A stretch of 64,000 nucleotides of DNA from an uncultured Bacillota bacterium (GTDB lineage Bacteria > Bacillota_I > Bacilli_A > RF39 > UBA660): contig CAMVLZ010000001.1 of the NCBI GenBank assembly GCA_947168485.1, positions 39,705-103,704 on the forward strand. The letters run 5' to 3'. A program made the translations under genes and the position numbers. The notes under the pieces are model-generated. The model was not told where the DNA came from and did no database searches. It saw nothing but the letters and a program-made list of their open reading frames with translations. Positions 17,150 to 26,893 of the stretch are shown here, piece by piece (positions within the stretch are counted from its first letter, which is position 1; every line of letters starts with the position of its first letter).

Positions 17150-17818
17150 TCACCTCTTATTATTTATTATATCAAAAGATTCATTTATTAAATTAATTAT
17201 TTCTTTATCTGAAATAGTATCATTTAATATAATAGAAATCCATTCTTTTTTATTCATATGATATGCTTGATAATAACCTTTTTTATTAATTAAATCAGTT
17301 ATTTTATTATTATCTATTTTTACATTTATTATTTCTACTTCTCCAGTACCATTATCTATTTTAGATAAATCTATATTAGCAATCAAAGCATACCATTTAT
17401 TATTCTTTTTATTTCTAAATATTCCAAATCCTGGGAATTTAGACCATAAGAATTCTGGATAATCATTATACTCATTAATAATATAATTTGTTAATCTATT
17501 AGCTTGTTTACTAATAAAGAATTCTTTACTATAGCAATTGTTTCTTATATCTATTAGTATTTTTTTGTATGATTCTTTTACTTTATTTATAAAAGGACCT
17601 GTATTCTCTAATCTAATATTAGTATATTCTTCATTTAGATCTATATCTATTACTTTTCCTTTTACTAGTCCTTTTGAATTAACTTGAATGATTGCTTTAA
17701 AGTCATTTAAGAATATTTTTTCATAGATATAATTATCATCTTTTTGAATAAATCCATATTCTAATAATTTATTTGTATTAACATGACATCTTTTAAATAC
17801 ATCTTGTTCTATATTCAT
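17150..17818 (-). CDS. MmcQ/YjbR-family protein (C-terminal half)
   Basis: KGYYQAYHMNKKEWISIILND resembles the YjbR signature. Confidence 0.45.
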   Translation of the reverse strand: MNIEQDVFKRCHVNTNKLLEYGFIQKDDNYIYEKIFLNDFKAIIQVNSKGLVKGKVIDIDLNEEYTNIRLENTGPFINKVKESYKKILIDIRNNCYSKEFFISKQANRLTNYIINEYNDYPEFLWSKFPGFGIFRNKKNNKWYALIANIDLSKIDNGTGEVEIINVKIDNNKITDLINKKGYYQAYHMNKKEWISIILNDTISDKEIINLINESFDIINNKR

Positions 17819-17869
17819 AGTATCACTCCAATGAAATTATAACATAAAAAAAAGAAACTAATGTTTCTT

Positions 17870-18313
17870 TTACTCAAATCTAACTTTTATATTATCTTTT
17901 GATAAGTCTTCTAAATTATTAATATGACCTATTTTAGTATATGAATAAGATGTATCAAATGATTTATAGAATAATACTAAACAGTTATCTCCAAATAACA
18001 TTATATCTCCTTTATTTATATGTTTTGGATCATAAGAATTAGTTGGTAGAGATTTATCTAAATATACATATTTTTCATTACCATTTAATTCATTCATTTT
18101 ATATTCTTGTGGTAATAATTTTACTAATTCTTTTATTGTATCATTTTCTTCTAAATCTACTTGATATTCATTATTATTAATTATTATTTTCATAGTTATT
18201 TCTTCCATATTATTGTTTTCCTTTATATTAGTTTTTTCTTCTACTTTTTTATTACATCCTACTACTAATAATATTATTAATGATAGAATTAATATCTTTT
18301 TTATACTATTCAT
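17870..18313 (-). CDS. Lipoprotein with a cyclophilin-like (PF04126-type) domain
   Basis: Lipobox LVVGC, with NGNEKYVYL...GDIMLF...LVLFY...KVRFE. Confidence 0.55.
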   Translation of the reverse strand: MNSIKKILILSLIILLVVGCNKKVEEKTNIKENNNMEEITMKIIINNNEYQVDLEENDTIKELVKLLPQEYKMNELNGNEKYVYLDKSLPTNSYDPKHINKGDIMLFGDNCLVLFYKSFDTSYSYTKIGHINNLEDLSKDNIKVRFE

Positions 18314-19371
18314 TTTGTCTCCTCTATATAAACTCTTGGTACTCTTTTAGATATAGAACATATTATTTCATAGGGAATAGTATCTAAGTATTTAGATATT
18401 TCTTTTATATGGTTTATATCTTTTATAATAGTTACTTTATCTCCTACTTTGATAGTGTTATCTACTTTTACAAATAACATGTCCATACATATATTACCTA
18501 CTATTTTATATTCTTTATCATTTATATAAATATTTCTTCCAGTATTTTTTCTTATTATACCATCAGCATAACCTATTGGTACTACAGCTATTAATTCTTC
18601 ACCATTAACTTTATATTCTCCATTGTAACCTACTGTTTCATTATATACTTTGTTTATTTGTATTACTTTACTATATAGACTAAATGTAGATTTAAAACTT
18701 ATATCTTTATAATCTACTAATCCATACATTGAGATACCTAGTCTACATCCATTTACATAATCTTTTTTCTTATAATACTCAGTTGTTTCACTAGCACCTA
18801 TATGTACTATTGGTATTTCATTTAGATTAATATCTTTTGTTAGATCTTCAAACTTATTAAATTGTTTTATAGTTGTTTCTTCATTAGTAGCATTATATAT
18901 ATGGGTATATATTCCTTCTAGAATTAAGTTTTTATCTTTTATCAATTTATAAGTTTCATTTAACTCATTTATATTATTTATACCTAGTCTATTCATACCA
19001 GTATTTAATTTTATATGTACTTTTAAATTAGATAAGTTAATTCTTTTTAAGTATTCTAAATTACTTATAGTTATAGTTATATTATTATCTATACATATTG
19101 GTAAATCTTCTATATCAATAATACCTAAACATAGAATAGGTATATCTTTAATATCTTTTCTTATGATTAATGCTTCATCTAATGTCGCTACTGCTAGATA
19201 GTTGACTCCTCCTGAGATGATAGTTTCAACTACTTTATTATCATAATGACCATAACTATCTGCTTTTACTACTCCAATATAATATTTATATTCATTATAT
19301 CTATTAACTAATTGTTTTACATTATACTTAATATTAGATAAATTTATTTCTACATATGTTTTTCTATACAT
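18310..19371 (-). CDS. alr: Alanine racemase
   Basis: GVVKADSYGH (PLP-lysine motif) and TGMNRLGI. Confidence 0.8.
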   Translation of the reverse strand: MYRKTYVEINLSNIKYNVKQLVNRYNEYKYYIGVVKADSYGHYDNKVVETIISGGVNYLAVATLDEALIIRKDIKDIPILCLGIIDIEDLPICIDNNITITISNLEYLKRINLSNLKVHIKLNTGMNRLGINNINELNETYKLIKDKNLILEGIYTHIYNATNEETTIKQFNKFEDLTKDINLNEIPIVHIGASETTEYYKKKDYVNGCRLGISMYGLVDYKDISFKSTFSLYSKVIQINKVYNETVGYNGEYKVNGEELIAVVPIGYADGIIRKNTGRNIYINDKEYKIVGNICMDMLFVKVDNTIKVGDKVTIIKDINHIKEISKYLDTIPYEIICSISKRVPRVYIEETK

Positions 19372-19409
19372 TTATTTCTCCTTTTATAAAAAGACATCAA
19401 GATGTCTTT

Positions 19410-20294
19410 TTATTTTGTAATTAATTTTTTTTCAAAATTACCATTTACTTTTACAGTTTCATTTTTTATTAAGAAAGCATCTTCTGATATTTCTTTTAAA
19501 TTTCTTTCTAATAGTAATAATTCATATCTTGATAATACTACATAACAGATATAGGTTTTATCATTTTTATATAGTCCTACTCCTTCCCATGTAGTAGCAT
19601 CTCTATTAATTTCATTTTTTATATAGTCTGTTATTACTGTTGGTTTTTCTTTTGTAAATATCATAGCTGAAGTACAAACATTTTGATCATGAGTACGTTC
19701 TTGAACAAACATTAATACTCCTGCATAAACAATTGAATATACCATTATATCAATACTTCTTATTATTCCACAGGTAATAAATACTAATAAATTACAAATG
19801 AATCCTACTTTTCCTACTGAAAGATTTCTATTCTTTGAAGCTAGTGCTATACCTATAATATCTGTTCCTCCACCTGATGCTTGTGATGATAGGATAAATC
19901 CTGATCCAATACCTGCGATTATTCCTCCTAAAACTACATTTGTTATTGTTTCATCTAGAGCTAAAGAATAATTAGTAGGAATAATTGATAAGAATATTGT
20001 TTGTAATAATACACAATATAATGTTCTTACAAAGAATGTTTTACTTACTTTATTATATGCATATATTAGAAGTGGTATATTTATTATTAAGTTTATTATT
20101 CCTGAGAAATCAAATGTTGTATGTAAGTTAAATACTTGTAAGATTATTGATCTAATTATTTCTGATGCTCCTAAAACCCCTCCATTATATAGACCTTTAG
20201 GTACTATAAAAATATTAAGTGCAAATGCAAATAAAAATGTACCTAATAGAGCTTTAAAGAAATCAATTTTTTTCCAATTAAACAACTCACTCAT
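19410..20294 (-). CDS. YitT-family membrane protein (DUF161 + DUF2179)
   Basis: FIVPKGLYNGGVLGASEII, plus the C-terminal DUF2179-like region. Confidence 0.7.
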   Translation of the reverse strand: MSELFNWKKIDFFKALLGTFLFAFALNIFIVPKGLYNGGVLGASEIIRSIILQVFNLHTTFDFSGIINLIINIPLLIYAYNKVSKTFFVRTLYCVLLQTIFLSIIPTNYSLALDETITNVVLGGIIAGIGSGFILSSQASGGGTDIIGIALASKNRNLSVGKVGFICNLLVFITCGIIRSIDIMVYSIVYAGVLMFVQERTHDQNVCTSAMIFTKEKPTVITDYIKNEINRDATTWEGVGLYKNDKTYICYVVLSRYELLLLERNLKEISEDAFLIKNETVKVNGNFEKKLITK

Positions 20295-20359
20295 TTTTAT
20301 TCTCCTATATACATATATTTTAACATATTATAAAAAAATGTAAACATAATAAAAAGTTC

Positions 20360-22135
20360 TTATAACTTAAGAACTTTTCCTTTACTTTTTTCTTTTACTT
20401 CATCTTCTAAAATATTATTTCCATCTTTTGTTTTTACTATAATATTTCCTTCATCATCAGCTGTTCCATATAAATATGTCTTTCCTGTTTCTTCATCAGC
20501 ATATTGATCATCCATAGTTAAAACTGTCTTTTTAACTATTTTTTTAAATACTTTCTCAATACTATTTTTAACTCCTCTTCCTCCAGTACCTTCATCATAT
20601 GCTTTAGAAGCAATTGATTCTACAAATTTATCATCATTATAGAATACTATATCATCTTCTTCTAATAGTTTTATTTCTCTAGTTAATGGTGAGGCTTTTG
20701 ATGTAGTTATAATATCTTTTAAAGTATCTTTTGTTAATCTATGTAGAGGAGCAATTATAAATCTACCTGTAAATTCAGGTCCCATTTTACCTTTAGTTGC
20801 TAAATCTTCATGAGAAATATCTATACTATTAATCTTATCTTTCTTTTCTTTTTCAATTTCTTCTTTAGTTTTTACTACTCCATTAAATCCCATAGTTGGT
20901 TTTTCTGTTTTACTATTTATTAATTCATCATATACTTCTGGGAATGCTCCACAAGCAAATACTGTTAAATTAGTAGTATCAAATATTACTTGTCTTTTCT
21001 TATTATTTAGAACATATTCTACTTTATATTGTTGTCCTTCAACAAATCTTAGTAATTGGTTAATAACTCCTTTACCACCAACATCTCCATTGTCTTTTGT
21101 TCCTTTTTTATCTACTTCATCAAATACAACTATTCCATGTTCAGCAATAAATTTATTACCATCAGCTTTAACCATTAATTGAGATAAACAATCTTCTACA
21201 TTATCTCCTACATATCCTGTAGTTGATAAAGAGTTAGCATCTACATGGACTAATGGTTTTTCTTTTAAGAAAGCTCCTATAGTATCAGCTATCATTGATT
21301 TACCAGAACCTGTTGGTCCTACAAAAATACAATTAGTTTTACTTTCTCCATCTTTTAATCTAGCATTTTTATAAATTACATAACAAGCTGTTTCTATAGC
21401 TTCTTCTTGTCCTATTACTTTAGACATTAAATCTTTATATAATTCTCTTATTTTTTCTTTTGAAATATTAGTAACTGCTTCTTCTTTAGCAAAAGCTTCT
21501 TCTATTTCTTTCATTTGTTGTTGTTTTAATAATTCTTCTGCTATTTCTTTTTTATCTTCTTCTGATAATAAATCTTCTTTTTGTTCTTCCTCTTCTTCAT
21601 GTGCTTGATCTATAATCATATTTTCTATATTTTCTTTATATACATCTAAAGCTTCAACAAATTGATTTATTTGTTCCATATCTCCTGTACTTAATACTTC
21701 TTTTACATTCTCAAGAGGTATAACTATGTCTCCTCCTGTATAAGCTATTGTAAACATATCTTCTTCTAATAATTTATCTTTATTCATAGTAGATATTGTT
21801 AACATACCATCCATATCTACATATCCTAGTACAAAACTATTTTCTATTAAATCATTATAAAAATCATAGATTTCTTTTTCTGTTTCTATATTGTATTGTT
21901 CTAATAATTCTTCTTTTGTTAAATCTAAGAAATAACCTTCATCAAATTCTTTATTTTTAACCATTATATCTTCTATAGAATGATATTCTCTAGCATTATC
22001 ATTATAAAAGATATCATCACTTATAAAACCTTGTTGTATTTCTAATGGTTTATAAATATAGATATCACTTCCAAATGAATCTTTACCTAAAGGAAATTTT
22101 TTTACTATAACTGTATAAACATCATCTTTTTCCAT
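20360..22135 (-). CDS. ClpX-paralogous AAA+ unfoldase. It lacks the zinc-binding domain and has an unrelated N-terminal domain of about 230 aa with an acidic coiled-coil linker.
   Basis: Residues from about 235 align collinearly with ClpX. Matching elements are VIGQEEA, Walker A GPTGSGKS, the GYVG pore loop, Walker B VVFDEVDK, the sensor region and GGRGV. An MGF tripeptide sits at the IGF-loop position. Confidence 0.75.
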   Translation of the reverse strand: MEKDDVYTVIVKKFPLGKDSFGSDIYIYKPLEIQQGFISDDIFYNDNAREYHSIEDIMVKNKEFDEGYFLDLTKEELLEQYNIETEKEIYDFYNDLIENSFVLGYVDMDGMLTISTMNKDKLLEEDMFTIAYTGGDIVIPLENVKEVLSTGDMEQINQFVEALDVYKENIENMIIDQAHEEEEEQKEDLLSEEDKKEIAEELLKQQQMKEIEEAFAKEEAVTNISKEKIRELYKDLMSKVIGQEEAIETACYVIYKNARLKDGESKTNCIFVGPTGSGKSMIADTIGAFLKEKPLVHVDANSLSTTGYVGDNVEDCLSQLMVKADGNKFIAEHGIVVFDEVDKKGTKDNGDVGGKGVINQLLRFVEGQQYKVEYVLNNKKRQVIFDTTNLTVFACGAFPEVYDELINSKTEKPTMGFNGVVKTKEEIEKEKKDKINSIDISHEDLATKGKMGPEFTGRFIIAPLHRLTKDTLKDIITTSKASPLTREIKLLEEDDIVFYNDDKFVESIASKAYDEGTGGRGVKNSIEKVFKKIVKKTVLTMDDQYADEETGKTYLYGTADDEGNIIVKTKDGNNILEDEVKEKSKGKVLKL

Positions 22136-22246
22136 AGTGCCTCCTAAATATAATTTATATAGTATTATATTTTTTATTATTTTACAAGGAATTATAATTA
22201 ATTTTTATTATTTCTATTAGTAGTTTTTATGTTATTATATAAGTAA

Positions 22247-23698
22247 GTGGGTGGTTTTATGATTAAGAAGATTTTAAATAAAAAGAATAATAATGTAATT
22301 ATAATTACATTACTTGTGGGTTTTATAATACATATTCCTTTAATTACTTCTAAGATTATTACTGCAGATGTACTTTTAAATAACTATTATTATAATAGTT
22401 ATATTAATGAACTTTCGATGGGAAGATTTGGTTTATATATAATGGGATTAGTTAAATCATTCTTAGTATTTCCTGAGATTAGTTTATTATTCTCTTTAAT
22501 ACTCATTGCGATATTAAATATTTATATTATAGATTTCTTTGATATTAAGAGTAATTTCTATAAAATATTACTTTCAATACTAATAGTAGTTAATCCTATT
22601 ACTAGTGCAATACTTTTATCAAGTCACTATTCTATAGCAATTATTCTATCTATATTTTTATCATTTTATTCTTTATATTATATTTTTAATAGTAAGTATA
22701 AATATAAACATATAGTTTCTGGAGTACTTTTATTTATCTGTTTAACTATATTTCAACCTAGTATAAGTGTATATCTATCTATGTTAGTTCTATACTCTAT
22801 TAAATTAATATTAAAGAAGAAAATTAAATATAAAGAATTATTATTTAACTTTTTAACATTAATTATACCTTTAATCATATATATAGGTATTATTACTTTA
22901 TTAGCTTTAATTGTTAAGACTAATTATTCTATGTTAATTAGTAGTGCTACATTTATTGATCTAGGTAAAAACTTTATACGTTGTTATACTAATTTCTTTA
23001 ATTATTATTTTGGTAATAGTATAGTTAAAAATACTTATTTATATACTTATATCATTAATATAATACTATTTATTATTATGATACTAGGTATTGTTAAAAG
23101 TAGTATTAAAGCTAAATTAGATACTAAAAATATAATTATTATGATCTTATTAATATTATCATTACCATTAGTATTTAATATTACTTTATTATATTCTAGT
23201 GAAGTTAATTTCAATTTATTACTTGCGGGTAGTTATTTATTATTAATACCATTTATTATTAGTTTAGATAATTATAATTATTCATTTATATTCATAGTAC
23301 TATGTATGTTATTATTATTTAGAAATTATATTATTCAAGATAGAGCAACTTATTATACATTAGAAAATACTTATAATAAGACATATGCGATACTTAGTGA
23401 AATACATAGTAAAAATACTAAGAATAGACCTCTTATGATTACTGGTAATTTAACTAGTAATAAGACTATTAATATTATTGTTAGGTTAAATTATGGATTT
23501 GTTGCGAATGATGAATTAATAAAAGATGATTATAAGAATAGAAGTATTGGTATTACTAAGTTCTATAATTATTACTTAGGATTAGATGTAAAATATGTTA
23601 GTGAAAAGAAATATAATAAGATACTTGATTCTAATAAATATAAGAAGATGAAGAAATATCAAGTTATTGAAGATACATTTGTTGTTAAATTAAAATAG
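22247..23698 (+). CDS. Large polytopic membrane protein, possibly a YfhO/PMT-like glycosyltransferase or glycopolymer-modifying enzyme
   Basis: More than 10 TM helices. The family assignment is tentative. Confidence 0.4.
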   Translation: MGGFMIKKILNKKNNNVIIITLLVGFIIHIPLITSKIITADVLLNNYYYNSYINELSMGRFGLYIMGLVKSFLVFPEISLLFSLILIAILNIYIIDFFDIKSNFYKILLSILIVVNPITSAILLSSHYSIAIILSIFLSFYSLYYIFNSKYKYKHIVSGVLLFICLTIFQPSISVYLSMLVLYSIKLILKKKIKYKELLFNFLTLIIPLIIYIGIITLLALIVKTNYSMLISSATFIDLGKNFIRCYTNFFNYYFGNSIVKNTYLYTYIINIILFIIMILGIVKSSIKAKLDTKNIIIMILLILSLPLVFNITLLYSSEVNFNLLLAGSYLLLIPFIISLDNYNYSFIFIVLCMLLLFRNYIIQDRATYYTLENTYNKTYAILSEIHSKNTKNRPLMITGNLTSNKTINIIVRLNYGFVANDELIKDDYKNRSIGITKFYNYYLGLDVKYVSEKKYNKILDSNKYKKMKKYQVIEDTFVVKLK

Positions 23699-23722
23699 TA
23701 CTTAATTGTACTATTTTTTTTA

Positions 23723-23757
23723 TAAAAAAAAGACTTATAAATTATAAGTCAATTTTT
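23723..23757. terminator. Bidirectional terminator (GACTTATAAaTTATAAGTC flanked by an A-run and a T-run)
   Basis: Perfect palindrome between convergent genes. Confidence 0.65.
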
Positions 23758-24314
23758 ACATCTTCTTTCTTGATATCATCTGCTTCAAAGAATTCTTTTT
23801 TACTTAATCCTTTCATTCCAGCAACTATAGAAGTTGGGAAACTAACAATCATTTGATTAAGCATAGATACATTAGCATTAAACATTCTACGAGATGCTTG
23901 AATATGTTCTTCTACATCTACTATTGTTTTTTGTAATGTATTATAATTCTCACTAGATTTTAATTCTGGATAAGCTTCTGCTAAAACATTAATTTGTCCT
24001 TGCATAGCATCCATCTTCTTAGATGCATCTTGTTTTTCTTGTACAGACATACCTTTTCTTAAATTAATAACTTCAAAGATAGTTTCTTTTTCATGTTTAG
24101 CATAACCTTTAACTACATCTACCATTTTAGTTAAAGCATCGTATCTTTTAGTTAAAGCAACATCTATATCACTATCAGCTTCATCTATTTTAACTACTGC
24201 TCGATTTAATTTGTTAGAAGTTCCAATAAACCATCCTAATATTATTACGATGACTACTGCTACTACAATTAAGATTATTATAGTACTTGTTGACATTCTG
24301 TCACCTCCTTTCAA
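23742..24314 (-). CDS. LemA-family protein
   Basis: N-terminal TM plus YDALTKMVDVVKGYAKHEKETI. Confidence 0.75.
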   Translation of the reverse strand: MKGGDRMSTSTIIILIVVAVVIVIILGWFIGTSNKLNRAVVKIDEADSDIDVALTKRYDALTKMVDVVKGYAKHEKETIFEVINLRKGMSVQEKQDASKKMDAMQGQINVLAEAYPELKSSENYNTLQKTIVDVEEHIQASRRMFNANVSMLNQMIVSFPTSIVAGMKGLSKKEFFEADDIKKEDVKIDL

Positions 24315-24325
24315 TGTTTTAATTA

Positions 24326-25309
24326 TTATTTAAATATATCATTATCTAAATCTAATGTATCTATTATTTGAGTTATTACACTTATTTCTTTACTTGTTTT
24401 AGCTATTTCTTCATCTATATCATTAAATGGATCACATTCAAAAATATCTTTATTATTATAAATAGCTATATTTAACTTATTGTCTATAAAACTAAATGAT
24501 ATTTTTCCTTCTACTTCTTTTTTTATTGCTTTTAATTTATTCATAAATGTAGGAGTTAATATGTAATAAGCAAGATGTTTATCATTTGTACTTACTGTAA
24601 ATGATCTATTGAATTCTTGATCTTCCATCTCTAAATAATCTTTAGGTTTTTTATTATATAAAATATTATTTTCTGTTACTATTAAAGTTCCACTAAATCT
24701 TTTATTAAATTCAAAGATATATACTTGTCCAAAGAAATCATTTACATATGCACTAGTATGTTCTAAATCTACTTCATGTTGTGTAGTTACATCGCTTCCT
24801 TCAAAGGAAACTCCTTTATATATTCCTTTATGATAATCAGTAGAATAAAATGATTCTCCCATTTCTACAATCATGCTATTTTTTACTTTACTTCTTGGCA
24901 AACCTTGTCTAGGAAATAATTCTACTTCTTGAAATATATCACTTAATACTTTTTTATATATTAATTCTTTATATTGTTTTCTATATTGATAATAATCTTT
25001 AACTCTATAATGTCTATCTCTATATAAGAAAAATAAGAGTATAGCTGAAAATACTATTGGGGTCAATGTATGAATATATATCTTTGTTACATCGAATAAA
25101 TCACCAATACCATTAAATTCAAATAAGTTAGTTATATGTTCATATTTCCATAAATAATAACCTAATCCTAATGAATATAATATTGATAGAATAATCAATG
25201 TTATTGTAACAATAATCATTTCTTTTTTTCTTGTTTTAAAATGAGTTTTTATCATTACTTGTCTTAATTCTTCTAATTCTTTCATATATCTCCTATTTAA
25301 ATAAATCAT
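24326..25309 (-). CDS. LemA-associated membrane protein (DUF3137-like), paralogue 1
   Basis: TM segments plus a conserved C-terminal domain shared with the adjacent gene (...FEFNK...YYILTP...LDNDIFK). Confidence 0.5.
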   Translation of the reverse strand: MIYLNRRYMKELEELRQVMIKTHFKTRKKEMIIVTITLIILSILYSLGLGYYLWKYEHITNLFEFNGIGDLFDVTKIYIHTLTPIVFSAILLFFLYRDRHYRVKDYYQYRKQYKELIYKKVLSDIFQEVELFPRQGLPRSKVKNSMIVEMGESFYSTDYHKGIYKGVSFEGSDVTTQHEVDLEHTSAYVNDFFGQVYIFEFNKRFSGTLIVTENNILYNKKPKDYLEMEDQEFNRSFTVSTNDKHLAYYILTPTFMNKLKAIKKEVEGKISFSFIDNKLNIAIYNNKDIFECDPFNDIDEEIAKTSKEISVITQIIDTLDLDNDIFK

Positions 25310-26372
25310 TATCTAGATGTAGAATATCTACGAATTGTAATATTGCATTTATTTCATTCTTTGTAGTAACAGTATCTCTTTCGATATCTACTTTTTTTCT
25401 TAAACGTGGTTCAAATAAATCTTTACCATTGTATACTCCTACATGTAATAAATTATCTTTAAAACAGAATAATAAATCTCCTTTTATTTGACTATTTATA
25501 CTTTTAATTCTTTCCATAGTTTGTGGAGTTAATACATAGAATACACTATGAGCATCTGTTCCGAATACTTTGAATTGTTTATTAAATTCTTGATCTTCCA
25601 TTTCAATCTTTTCATCTTTTTCTTTTTTAGAGAATAATCCTCCTTGACGTTTAGAATAATGAAATGATTTTTCACACACTTGGAATGATCCTTTAAATTG
25701 TTTATTAAATTCAAATATATACCATTGTCCATCAAAATACGTTGTAGTATGAGTATCTCCATCACTATCAGTATATTCATATTGAATAGTAACATCACTA
25801 CATTGAAATTGGATATCTTTATATTTACCATAGAAATAATCATTTGAATAATAAATGTTACCCATCATCATCATATCAGTATTAGCAATTACAGACTCTG
25901 GGATACCTTTTTCCATATCAAAATGAATATCTGTAAATATAGTTTTTAATGTAGCGACTACTACTTTATCTTTATAAGCTTTTATAAATTGAGTTTTTTC
26001 TTTAATAACATTACATATTATCACTATGATTGCGGTTGCGAAAAATGCTCCAAATAATGGTAATGTTATATCACCAGTTTTTTGGAAAACAAGAAATCCT
26101 ATTGTTAAATATATGATTATTCCTATTACAATAATCATATTTTGTTTTTTTACTGCTTTTACTCTTAAATTTTCTAACTCTTGTTGTATTTGATCACTAG
26201 TTTGTGTTTGAACTTGTTGTGGGGGTACTGCTTGTGCTTGTTGTACTGGTTGTTGAACTTGTTGTACCGGTTGAGCTTGTTGTACAGGCACTTGTTGTGG
26301 CATTGGTTGTGTTGGTTGAACAGGTACTTGTTGATTACCAGTTACTCCATTTAAGTTTTGATTATTATTCAT
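25293..26372 (-). CDS. LemA-associated membrane protein (DUF3137-like), paralogue 2, with a Q/P/V-rich N-terminal low-complexity region
   Basis: The C-terminal domain is homologous to 24326-25309. The N-terminal repeats are PVQQ/QQVQ. Confidence 0.5.
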   Translation of the reverse strand: MNNNQNLNGVTGNQQVPVQPTQPMPQQVPVQQAQPVQQVQQPVQQAQAVPPQQVQTQTSDQIQQELENLRVKAVKKQNMIIVIGIIIYLTIGFLVFQKTGDITLPLFGAFFATAIIVIICNVIKEKTQFIKAYKDKVVVATLKTIFTDIHFDMEKGIPESVIANTDMMMMGNIYYSNDYFYGKYKDIQFQCSDVTIQYEYTDSDGDTHTTTYFDGQWYIFEFNKQFKGSFQVCEKSFHYSKRQGGLFSKKEKDEKIEMEDQEFNKQFKVFGTDAHSVFYVLTPQTMERIKSINSQIKGDLLFCFKDNLLHVGVYNGKDLFEPRLRKKVDIERDTVTTKNEINAILQFVDILHLDNDLFK

Positions 26373-26425
26373 ATTATCACCTAATAATAGTTTATCTAAT
26401 TATTTAGTTATTTTAAATAACTTAA

Positions 26426-26893
26426 TTATTTTATTATGTCAAAGTATGTTAAATTTACGACTTTTTCTAAATCTTTTGGATTTAATTCTACTTGATAACC
26501 TATTTTTCCTCCACTAAATATTATTGTATCTTGTTCTAAAGCAGTATTATGAATTACTGTTTTAAATTGTTTTTTCATTCCTATTGGAGAACATCCTCCA
26601 TGAATATATCCTGTTAATGGTAATAATTCTTTTTGAGGAATCATATCAATAGATTTTTCATTTACTGATTTAGCACATTTTTTTAGATCTAATTCTTCAG
26701 CAACAGGAATCATGAATACATAATATTTTTTTGATTTAGATACAGTTACTAAAGTTTTATAAACATGTTTTTCATCTTGATTTAATACATTTGCGACTTC
26801 TACTCCTGATATAGCTTCTGTATCTCCATAGAAATATTCTTTATAATTTATTTTCTTTTGATCTAATATTCTCATTACATTAGTCTTTTCCAT
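26426..26893 (-). CDS. YbaK/ProX-type Cys-tRNA(Pro) deacylase
   Basis: GGCSPIG motif and size. Confidence 0.7.
   Translation of the reverse strand: MEKTNVMRILDQKKINYKEYFYGDTEAISGVEVANVLNQDEKHVYKTLVTVSKSKKYYVFMIPVAEELDLKKCAKSVNEKSIDMIPQKELLPLTGYIHGGCSPIGMKKQFKTVIHNTALEQDTIIFSGGKIGYQVELNPKDLEKVVNLTYFDIIK

Noticed and set aside
25529-25843. 104-aa ORF internal to the DUF3137-like gene
   Set aside because: It lies in an alternative frame inside a gene with clear paralogue support, and it is M/I/N-rich nonsense.
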